Notes: generated by a model from the sequence alone, not told the origin. A stretch of DNA of 64,000 bases from Dehalococcoidia bacterium (GCA_965261665.1 OZ253467.1:2777798-2841797); one strand, 5' to 3'. Positions 53,735 through 64,000 are shown, counted from the stretch's first letter. Translations and numbers: made by a program.

Positions 53735-55931
53735 TCTGCGTTGCGTGTCCATGCCCTAGATGATATAGGTTCCCCCGCACCCGCGGGGATAGACCCACTA
53801 ATCACGGCGCAAGGCGTCGCTGAGCGGTGGTTCCCCCGCACCCGCGGGGATAGACCTTTTATATCTGTTGGTTCGTGCCTGTCGTGTGTGGTTCCCCCGC
53901 ACCCGCGGGGATAGACCCCACTACGCTGCCTTTTGCTGCTGCCTTTGCTTCGGTTCCCCCGCACCCGCGGGGATAGACCTTATGCTCAGATTATTCATCC
54001 CCGAATCTTCCAGGTTCCCCCGCACCCGCGGGGATAGACCTCTTAAGCGTCAAGGGCGCAGTAGATAAATCTCGGTTCCCCCGCACCCGCGGGGATAGAC
54101 CTTATATGCAAAATGGAATAGATTACCATAAAGAGGTTCCCCCGCACCCGCGGGGATAGACCCCTGCTCCCCGCCGAGGGAATCCAGATAATCTAGGTTC
54201 CCCCGCACCCGCGGGGATAGACCTGGATGCGGTTGCTCGATTGTTTAACTTGAAAAGGTTCCCCCGCACCCGCGGGGATAGACCGCCCACTTGACGTATG
54301 GGCCGGATTCCTATATGGGTTCCCCCGCACCCGCGGGGATAGACCTTGGCCATAATTCCCTTCCACAATGGTTCTTCCGGTTCCCCCGCACCCGCGGGGA
54401 TAGACCTTTTCCTCTTCTTCAGCATTTCTTCCATCAAAAGGTTCCCCCGCACCCGCGGGGATAGACCTGGCATATTGGGGTACATTCGACAAAGATAGAA
54501 GGTTCCCCCGCACCCGCGGGGATAGACCCGACTGAGGGCGCAACTGAAGCAAGCAAAGCTAGGTTCCCCCGCACCCGCGGGGATAGACCTCGATTCTGCG
54601 AAGCATGGTTTCCCTTGAAATCGGTTCCCCCGCACCCGCGGGGATAGACCTGGCCATCCTGTATGATTCGTTACGTAACGAAAGGTTCCCCCGCACCCGC
54701 GGGGATAGACCGGCGGGATTTTCTTTTGCCCTCCATGCCGACGGGGTTCCCCCGCACCCGCGGGGATAGACCCCCATCGGAGGGCATTGGCAACGACGTT
54801 GTCGTGGTTCCCCCGCACCCGCGGGGATAGACCATGCTTTTGTTGCTTCAAGTCTCACGTCTCAAGGGTTCCCCCGCACCCGCGGGGATAGACCTCATTC
54901 TTTGGCCTCCCTTCCTTTGTGTTTCGTGGTTCCCCCGCACCCGCGGGGATAGACCTCGTGCGACTGCGAGCATCTTTATGATAGCTTTGGTTCCCCCGCA
55001 CCCGCGGGGATAGACCCTTGAGCCGAGACGATTAAACCCATAATAAAGTGGTTCCCCCGCACCCGCGGGGATAGACCTCACTGGCGCAAGCCGCTGGCGG
55101 GAAGGAGAAAGGTTCCCCCGCACCCGCGGGGATAGACCGGTTGTCCCCGACTCCCATGTATACGGAAATCCGGTTCCCCCGCACCCGCGGGGATAGACCT
55201 CCATTTTAAAGGGCCTCTCGCTTCTTTTACGTGGTTCCCCCGCACCCGCGGGGATAGACCTTTTATATCTGTTGGTTCGTGCCTGTCGTGTGTGGTTCCC
55301 CCGCACCCGCGGGGATAGACCGTAGTGTCGTAGCACGTAAAAGAAGCGAGAAGCGGTTCCCCCGCACCCGCGGGGATAGACCTACTGCCTCATTTGCGCC
55401 CCAATGTATGGCAATGGTTCCCCCGCACCCGCGGGGATAGACCTCAAGGATTTCAAGGGAAACCACCGCCCGCAGAGGTTCCCCCGCACCCGCGGGGATA
55501 GACCTACTGCCTCATTTGCGCCCCAATGTATGGCAATGGTTCCCCCGCACCCGCGGGGATAGACCGCATCTCGTCTGAGTAGGTCTCGGCGTCTTCTAGG
55601 TTCCCCCGCACCCGCGGGGATAGACCGTGGCGCCAACGAATGCGCCGTCAACAAATGCGGGTTCCCCCGCACCCGCGGGGATAGACCCTGATTTGCCTTT
55701 AGGTGGGTAGTGTGCATAGGGGTTCCCCCGCACCCGCGGGGATAGACCATGCTGGCGTAGTCAAACCCAAGACTGGTTGCTGGTTCCCCCGCACCCGCGG
55801 GGATAGACCTTTCTGGCCACTCCGCCAAAGTTAAGGTCTCCGGGTTCCCCCGCACCCGCGGGGATAGACCCGCAGTCCTTACACGCGCCAGTGATCTGCA
55901 CATGGTTCCCCCGCACCCGCGGGGATAGACC

Positions 55932-56663
55932 TTTTCCTATATCATCCCTACATCAAGTCAATCAGGTTCCCCCGCACCCGCGGGGATAGACCGCACCGAA
56001 TGACTTATCCATACGCTAGTCTATCGGTTCCCCCGCACCCGCGGGGATAGACCTGTGAACATCTTTGGGAGTATGCCTTTGAAGCTGGTTCCCCCGCACC
56101 CGCGGGGATAGACCCGGGCGATTTGGAGGGAGGTTTGTGTCCGGGGCGGTTCCCCCGCACCCGCGGGGATAGACCTAGACCTGGGGATGGACATCCTAAG
56201 CAGGGTGGGGTTCCCCCGCACCCGCGGGGATAGACCCCGATAATTCTTCGGGAACCTACAAATCGCGATGGTTCCCCCGCACCCGCGGGGATAGACCTTT
56301 TCCTATATCATCCCTACATCAAGTCAATCAGGTTCCCCCGCACCCGCGGGGATAGACCGCACCGAATGACTTATCCATACGCTAGTCTATCGGTTCCCCC
56401 GCACCCGCGGGGATAGACCTGTGAACATCTTTGGGAGTATGCCTTTGAAGCTGGTTCCCCCGCACCCGCGGGGATAGACCCGGGCGATTTGGAGGGAGGT
56501 TTGTGTCCGGGGCGGTTCCCCCGCACCCGCGGGGATAGACCTAGACCTGGGGATGGACATCCTAAGCAGGGTGGGGTTCCCCCGCACCCGCGGGGATAGA
56601 CCCCGATAATTCTTCGGGAACCTACAAATCGCGATGGTTCCCCCGCACCCGCGGGGATAGACC
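55932..56663 (+). repeat. tandem duplication of a 6-spacer block (2 x 366 bp) inside the array
   Basis: Six consecutive spacers (55932-56269) recur in the same order at 56298-56635. Confidence 0.95.
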
Positions 56664-59600
56664 GCATTTTACCGGTGGTCCAACTGCGCAAAGCGAGGTT
56701 CCCCCGCACCCGCGGGGATAGACCTACCCGGATTGAATAGACCCTACATTCACGACCGGTTCCCCCGCACCCGCGGGGATAGACCGGTTCCGGTTGCGGG
56801 ATTGACTTGGACGATAACGGTTCCCCCGCACCCGCGGGGATAGACCCCATGCGTCCTCGGACTCCTGTCATAAAGGATGGGTTCCCCCGCACCCGCGGGG
56901 ATAGACCTTCGCTATTGACCGCTTAAACCTCTGAAACTTCGGTTCCCCCGCACCCGCGGGGATAGACCTTTGAAAATCTTTGTCAAATATTTGATACATC
57001 AGGTTCCCCCGCACCCGCGGGGATAGACCTTATTACATCTGGCTTTAGCAAATCTATCTGCAGGTTCCCCCGCACCCGCGGGGATAGACCGATTCAGCGT
57101 GCCATTCGTGCCTAGATGTGCCAGGTTCCCCCGCACCCGCGGGGATAGACCGGATACACGTCTTACCTAGCGCGCTGCCCGTGAGGTTCCCCCGCACCCG
57201 CGGGGATAGACCGTATGCCGCCAACCAGGACACCGTCAATCATTTGGTTCCCCCGCACCCGCGGGGATAGACCGCTGAAACTTGTCGTTGATGACAGCCT
57301 GCCGGCGGTTCCCCCGCACCCGCGGGGATAGACCGCTGACAGTCCAGCAGATAGCTACAAGTTTAGGGGTTCCCCCGCACCCGCGGGGATAGACCTCCTC
57401 TTCAGCCAGTACTTAGAGTACACATATTGGTTCCCCCGCACCCGCGGGGATAGACCTTTTGGATTAGGCTAGCTTATGGCTAGTAAAGTGGTTCCCCCGC
57501 ACCCGCGGGGATAGACCCCTTGAACACTTGTGTCCTTTTGGCATGTGCAAGGTTCCCCCGCACCCGCGGGGATAGACCTATCACTCACTGGATAGGCTAG
57601 GCTATGGCTAGGGTTCCCCCGCACCCGCGGGGATAGACCTGGTGTAGCACGTAAAAGAGGCAAGAGGCCCCTGGTTCCCCCGCACCCGCGGGGATAGACC
57701 CCCACCACCCCCATGAATCCAAGTCTTAACGGGGGTTCCCCCGCACCCGCGGGGATAGACCTTATGTCTAGCCACGGCATAAACCCTGCTTATGGGTTCC
57801 CCCGCACCCGCGGGGATAGACCGCGTTTCGATATACAAGTAGTTGATAAAGTGACGGTTCCCCCGCACCCGCGGGGATAGACCCGCACTGACGATTGCTC
57901 GCCTAAAGCCGTCCCCGGTTCCCCCGCACCCGCGGGGATAGACCCCGATAACCACACCGATCACAGGTTATCACCACGGTTCCCCCGCACCCGCGGGGAT
58001 AGACCGCGTTAATGGGATTGGAAAGCGAAGGAGGGGAAGGTTCCCCCGCACCCGCGGGGATAGACCGGGTAGTGATAATGAGAGGGCGCGGGTGGTGCGG
58101 GTTCCCCCGCACCCGCGGGGATAGACCGATGACTCCCACGACGACTCCCACCAGGACTCCGGTTCCCCCGCACCCGCGGGGATAGACCGTGGTCTATGCG
58201 TGGTTTGACGCTCGGAATAGAGGTTCCCCCGCACCCGCGGGGATAGACCTTCGACGCTATATCCAAGTCCCGGAACAGCAGGGGTTCCCCCGCACCCGCG
58301 GGGATAGACCGGCGGTAAGCCTCCCGGAAAGCCGAAGCAGCGAGGTTCCCCCGCACCCGCGGGGATAGACCTCTATGACATCGGAGCGGATGATGCTGGC
58401 ATGGGGTTCCCCCGCACCCGCGGGGATAGACCCTCCGAGGACTCCCATCAGGATTCCCACCAGGAGGTTCCCCCGCACCCGCGGGGATAGACCCCACTAC
58501 AAGTCAGCTGGATCTTATCCTACTACCGGTTCCCCCGCACCCGCGGGGATAGACCAAACCTACCCATAGAGAGTTCTATGCTGAACAAGGTTCCCCCGCA
58601 CCCGCGGGGATAGACCTCCCGTGAGAACCTCAATCCAGTCTATTCCTTCGGTTCCCCCGCACCCGCGGGGATAGACCTAGGCACCGTTCCCGGAACCTCT
58701 CCGCCCATCGGGTTCCCCCGCACCCGCGGGGATAGACCTATTCTTCCCATATTATGATTTGCCCACACCTGGGTTCCCCCGCACCCGCGGGGATAGACCG
58801 GTTCGTTTATGATTCTCCGCCCCTTATCTTTAGGTTCCCCCGCACCCGCGGGGATAGACCCCACATCATCAGCGCCCCCCCCTACGTCACTATGGTTCCC
58901 CCGCACCCGCGGGGATAGACCTGCAGAGGTCGTTTTCAGGGATGCCGCGACCGAGGTTCCCCCGCACCCGCGGGGATAGACCTCTTTGCATTGACTTGAT
59001 TCACCAAACGTTCATGGTTCCCCCGCACCCGCGGGGATAGACCGTATTAACTGGTCTGTCTGGTGCTGTGGTCCGTGGTTCCCCCGCACCCGCGGGGATA
59101 GACCGCCGAAGACGCAAGCAGGAGACCCTGCTAAGGGGGTTCCCCCGCACCCGCGGGGATAGACCGTGAACCGCCCACCATTGGTTCGCCGCTCTAATGG
59201 TTCCCCCGCACCCGCGGGGATAGACCTCGCCATGCTTAAGGGCACATTGAAATATAAACGGTTCCCCCGCACCCGCGGGGATAGACCCCCGCTCCGTCGC
59301 CGTTAGCAGGCCGGCGCTGAGGTTCCCCCGCACCCGCGGGGATAGACCGGAGAAACACATACAGACCCCATTTCAACCCTCGGTTCCCCCGCACCCGCGG
59401 GGATAGACCCATATGGACTAGACTTCAACCACAACCGCGCCGGGTTCCCCCGCACCCGCGGGGATAGACCTTCGCCATTTATTTCACGCCACCTTTTCCA
59501 GAAGGTTCCCCCGCACCCGCGGGGATAGACCGCCTCTGCCTTACAGGTCTGCGAGGTCGATAAGGGTTCCCCCGCACCCGCGGGGATAGACCGATGGGGG

Positions 59601-62600
59601 TTGATGTTGATAGGAATATGCGTTAGGTTCCCCCGCACCCGCGGGGATAGACCCTTGGTGAAGCGAGCGTCTCGAAGGCTCAAGGGGGTTCCCCCGCACC
59701 CGCGGGGATAGACCCGATCGGACGTGAGGATATATGGACCGTTGAAAGGTTCCCCCGCACCCGCGGGGATAGACCGAACCGGTATATGGATGCGTGGTCA
59801 CAAAACAGGGTTCCCCCGCACCCGCGGGGATAGACCGTGATCCAAGTCCTCCTAATACTGGTGAAGTGTGGTTCCCCCGCACCCGCGGGGATAGACCATC
59901 GCCCTTGCGTACATCACGACTATTGATGAAGGTTCCCCCGCACCCGCGGGGATAGACCGGTAATAACTAAGGTGTTACCTGTAGTACCTGGGGTTCCCCC
60001 GCACCCGCGGGGATAGACCGCCTCCAGGGGATGTTCCGACAACAGGACCTCCGGTTCCCCCGCACCCGCGGGGATAGACCTAGTACGATGCCGGGCTACC
60101 TGGGCACGGGTACGGTTCCCCCGCACCCGCGGGGATAGACCCGCTAACATCGTCCAAGAATGCGGGCATGAAGAGGTTCCCCCGCACCCGCGGGGATAGA
60201 CCTTCACTTGCTGTCCATCGCCCGTGGCCATAATCGGTTCCCCCGCACCCGCGGGGATAGACCCAGCCCAGGAACCAGCACCACTATCAACTGATAGGTT
60301 CCCCCGCACCCGCGGGGATAGACCCGAGGGCCGTCTGGAGCTTGACGCACGGGCGGCGGTTCCCCCGCACCCGCGGGGATAGACCTTTCGCGACAGTGTT
60401 GGACGACCTGAAAATTGAGGTTCCCCCGCACCCGCGGGGATAGACCCCCTGGCCTCTTGTCTTCAAACGAAGGTAAAGAGGTTCCCCCGCACCCGCGGGG
60501 ATAGACCGAGGCTATACAATGACTACGATTGAAGCCCCGGGGTTCCCCCGCACCCGCGGGGATAGACCTCTTGATTAGTGGGTCAATCAATCCTTCGTTG
60601 TGGTTCCCCCGCACCCGCGGGGATAGACCTAGTCTACCGTCAAAGTTGGAGTTAGAGTACATGGTTCCCCCGCACCCGCGGGGATAGACCGGTTGGATGT
60701 CCTTCTCATGGGAACGAAGCGTTGGTTCCCCCGCACCCGCGGGGATAGACCCCCTTCGAAGCCCACACCAATAACCGCCGGCCAGGTTCCCCCGCACCCG
60801 CGGGGATAGACCTCACTCCCGAAACCCACAAACGCCTGAGTTATAGGTTCCCCCGCACCCGCGGGGATAGACCGTGTGTCGGCGACGTGGTGCTGATGAC
60901 ATGCTGGGTTCCCCCGCACCCGCGGGGATAGACCTATCAGAAAAGACTGCATCCGCCCAACCAGTTAGGTTCCCCCGCACCCGCGGGGATAGACCCATCA
61001 GCCGAGACTGGCCAGACCCCCCCCAAGTGGTTCCCCCGCACCCGCGGGGATAGACCCGTAGAGCACCTTTTGCAAGCGCAGCTAAACCTGGTTCCCCCGC
61101 ACCCGCGGGGATAGACCCGCCATCAATGGAAGACATGATGAAGGCATTGCGGTTCCCCCGCACCCGCGGGGATAGACCCGTCGCTCTCCTAATATCCGTC
61201 GAGGTCTCCGAGGTTCCCCCGCACCCGCGGGGATAGACCCGACGCCTTAGCTTGCCCATCCTTTATCCACGCGGTTCCCCCGCACCCGCGGGGATAGACC
61301 CCCTACGGATAGCCGCTAGGCGCACCTTCGACGGGTTCCCCCGCACCCGCGGGGATAGACCCTTTATATATTGGAGGTTCACCAATGCTTGCCAGGTTCC
61401 CCCGCACCCGCGGGGATAGACCCTCCAAGACGTACCGGCTCTTCCATATTTGTGTGGTTCCCCCGCACCCGCGGGGATAGACCCTCCAACCTCACTCCCG
61501 GAACCTGATCCAAAATGGTTCCCCCGCACCCGCGGGGATAGACCGAAGGCATTCCTCAACGCTGCCCGACAGGGCGTGGTTCCCCCGCACTCGCGGGGAT
61601 AGACCTTAGTTTCACAGCTTCCCTATCAAGTCGGGGGAGGTTCCCCCGCACCCGCGGGGATAGACCGCAGGACCACAGCAAAGCCCACCACCACGAGTCG
61701 GTTCCCCCGCACCCGCGGGGATAGACCCTGCTCTTGCTCATAACGTCGGTAGTGCGGTGGGGTTCCCCCGCACCCGCGGGGATAGACCCGTTGGTTAGCG
61801 TCAATATAGCGTTGGACATCGGGTTCCCCCGCACCCGCGGGGATAGACCGTCGTTGCCCCAGAATGCCAAGGTCGTCGTTACGGTTCCCCCGCACCCGCG
61901 GGGATAGACCTCGACCACCATAGACGGCTTCTGGGCTTACATCGGTTCCCCCGCACCCGCGGGGATAGACCCTCCTAAATGCAGACGACAGCCCCATGCG
62001 GCTGGGTTCCCCCGCACCCGCGGGGATAGACCGTCCGTGGAAGACTCCAAGGGCGAATTGGACCGGGTTCCCCCGCACCCGCGGGGATAGACCACCTGGT
62101 CTACAGACCCGACCGCATCAGCCTTGGGTTCCCCCGCACCCGCGGGGATAGACCCTGCACGGACTGCGGGAAGATTAAGAGGATAACGGTTCCCCCGCAC
62201 CCGCGGGGATAGACCTCGGTCTCTAGTATACACGCTATCCCGCCGTTTGGTTCCCCCGCACCCGCGGGGATAGACCTCTGGCAGGGTACTACGGGGACGT
62301 AGTGACGAGGGTTCCCCCGCACCCGCGGGGATAGACCTGGCACATACACCGCAGGCGAGACCCTGAGAGTGGTTCCCCCGCACCCGCGGGGATAGACCTC
62401 GCCTACGTAGTCCGCAAAGTCGGTTATTTCAGGTTCCCCCGCACCCGCGGGGATAGACCCGCTTGGCTGATCGGCATTACCCAAACCGCCAAGGTTCCCC
62501 CGCACCCGCGGGGATAGACCGCTGTTGCTGGACGATCAGTATAGCATCCTGGGGGTTCCCCCGCACCCGCGGGGATAGACCCGTAACGACTGCCGCCGGT

Positions 62601-63070
62601 GGGCTGCGTAGCGGGGTTCCCCCGCACCCGCGGGGATAGACCGGAGCAGCCAAAGCCGCGCCCCCCCCGCGCGGCTGGTTCCCCCGCACCCGCGGGGATA
62701 GACCGGCCACCTAGAGCACGTAGCGCCCATCCTATGGGGTTCCCCCGCACCCGCGGGGATAGACCCCTTACTTGGACTAGCCCTACCGCCGCTGAGACGG
62801 TTCCCCCGCACCCGCGGGGATAGACCTTTAGCATGGGCGCTCCAAACCCTTACCGCATTGGTTCCCCCGCACCCGCGGGGATAGACCCTGACGGCTATCG
62901 TACAGGCCCGATGGGATGAGGGTTCCCCCGCACCCGCGGGGATAGACCGTTGTGTTCTGTGGGTTTGGGCCTCATCAGCGCGGTTCCCCCGCACCCGCGG
63001 GGATAGACCCGGCTCCGGGTTCACTGCCGAGCTGGTGAACGGGGTTCCCCCGCACCCGCGGGGATAGACC

Positions 63071-63436
63071 CACGCATAGCGATGTTACCAGCGTACAGAG
63101 ACGGGTTCCCCCGCACCCGCGGGGATAGACCGTTAGCGGGGAAAACCCTAATCAGTCATTCACGGGTTCCCCCGCACCCGCGGGGATAGACCGGTTAACA
63201 ATTTCAAGTCTCCGAGTCATGCAATGGTTCCCCCGCACCCGCGGGGATAGACCCACGCATAGCGATGTTACCAGCGTACAGAGACGGGTTCCCCCGCACC
63301 CGCGGGGATAGACCGTTAGCGGGGAAAACCCTAATCAGTCATTCACGGGTTCCCCCGCACCCGCGGGGATAGACCGGTTAACAATTTCAAGTCTCCGAGT
63401 CATGCAATGGTTCCCCCGCACCCGCGGGGATAGACC
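63071..63436 (+). repeat. tandem duplication of a 3-spacer block (2 x 183 bp) inside the array
   Basis: Spacers at 63071, 63132 and 63193 recur identically at 63254, 63315 and 63376. Confidence 0.95.
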
Positions 63437-63770
63437 GTGGCTAGCACCCTCCATTCTCTGGCCTGTTTGGGTTCCCCCGCACCCGCGGGGATAGACCCTC
63501 ATACGCCTTGTCGGTGTCGCTGGTGGGAACGGTTCCCCCGCACCCGCGGGGATAGACCCATAAACCCTGCTTATGCCGTGACGAGACAGTAGGTTCCCCC
63601 GCACCCGCGGGGATAGACCCTCCTCCCACCATGACACCAACTCCTTTGCCCCTGGTTCCCCCGCACCCGCGGGGATAGACCGGTCCTAGAGTGGCTAGGG
63701 CCCTCTGAGCCGCTGGTTCCCCCGCACCCGCGGGGATAGACCCCGTACCTAGTCATTGCTTCCTCCTCTT

Positions 63771-63916
63771 AGAGCGTGTCTAATAAATCCCTTTGCTACC
63801 TCGAGCGCTCCATGTCACCTTGAGTGAAGCCGAAGGATCTGGAGTTGGAGGGGCGGACTTCGCTGCCTAACAGATGTTTATGCTTCGCTCCACCGGCGCC
63901 TTTTTAGACACCCTCT
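63771..63916. mobile_element. MITE-like insertion splitting a CRISPR spacer
   Basis: The gap between repeats is 180 nt instead of 33. An 8-bp direct repeat CCTCTTAG lies at 63765-63772 and 63912-63919, 147 bp apart. Imperfect inverted ends are AGAGCGTGTCTAA and TTAGACACCCTCT. Removing 147 bp restores a 33-nt spacer. Confidence 0.45.
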
Positions 63917-63922
63917 TAGGTG

Positions 63923-64000
63923 GGTTCCCCCGCACCCGCGGGGATAGACCTGCGCCAACCTTCAAGGGCAAGCGGTTGAAGAGGGTTCCCCCGCACCCGC
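63923..64000 (+). CRISPR. continuation of the array after the insertion (repeat 359, one spacer, truncated repeat 360)
   Basis: Same repeat at 63923-63950 and from 63984 to the window end, with a 33-nt spacer between them. Confidence 0.9.

Larger units (their letters stand above)
41921..63742 (+). CRISPR. type I-E CRISPR array, 358 repeats and 357 intact spacers
   Basis: 28-nt repeat GGTTCCCCCGCACCCGCGGGGATAGACC (stem CCCCGC/GCGGGG, loop ACCC) in the same reading direction as the E. coli I-E repeat. I walked every unit: 348 spacers of 33 nt, 8 of 34 nt and 1 of 42 nt. The arithmetic 358x28 + 11798 = 21822 bp closes exactly. Confidence 0.99.

Noticed and set aside
42742-55842. Attempt to deduce the PAM from the ten overlapping spacer pairs that reveal 5-prime flanks.
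   Set aside because: The three bases before the 33-mer were TAA, TAA, GGA, CGA, AAA, CCA, TGC, GAG, ATG and GAG. The triples that include the first spacer base were AAT, AAT, GAT, GAT, AAG, CAC, GCT, AGA, TGT and AGA. The 3-prime flanks were also inconsistent. The sample is too small and mixed, and several pairs are sequence variants, so no PAM can be claimed.
42014-63756. Dozens of minus-strand (and some plus-strand) ORFs of 60-359 aa inside the array, for example 45265-46344, 46405-47406 and 52716-53597.
   Set aside because: They all carry the periodic peptides SIPAGAGEP, VYPRGCGGT and GLSPRVRGN every 61 nt. These are the three stop-free reverse-frame translations of the repeat. They are artefacts, not genes.
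63743-63922. Reading the 180-nt gap as the leader of a second, independent array.
   Set aside because: It shows no evident similarity to the cas2-proximal leader (41819-41920) beyond TTAGG next to the repeat. Removing exactly 147 bp between 8-bp direct repeats restores a canonical 33-nt spacer. The leader reading remains the alternative hypothesis.

Overview
GC-rich bacterial chromosome segment; all calls were made by eye from the sequence and the ORF track, with no searches run. Positions 1-31.6 kb hold ordinary genes: yvcK-like, glmS, a GT2 mannosyltransferase, UPF0182, a deacetylase, proS, DUF1800, an NHL propeller, an ECF sigma/anti-sigma pair, a SirB1-like protein, a TreT-like GT4, a QueG/RdhA-like Fe-S protein, a TPP enzyme, sppA, mazG, fpg, polA, coaD and rsmD. 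This part also contains a MITE-like insertion at 5.45 kb and a visibly AT-richer small-ORF cassette at 19.9-21.0 kb. tRNA-Val(TAC) at 31.9 kb borders a complete type I-E CRISPR-Cas locus. That locus has a stand-alone DEDDh exonuclease divergent from cas3, then cas3-cse1-cse2-cas7-cas5-cas6e-cas1-cas2 (32.1-41.8 kb) and a ~100 bp leader. The main signal is the array that follows. I counted 358 consecutive copies of the 28-nt repeat GGTTCCCCCGCACCCGCGGGGATAGACC from 41921 to 63742. One spacer is then split by a 147-bp insertion, and two more repeats run off the window end, so about 22 kb (one third of the window) is array. The array has many overlapping, near-identical and reverse-complementary spacers, tandem block duplications of 2, 3 and 6 units, and a few spacers of aberrant length. 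The long minus-strand ORFs inside it are translation artefacts of the repeat.
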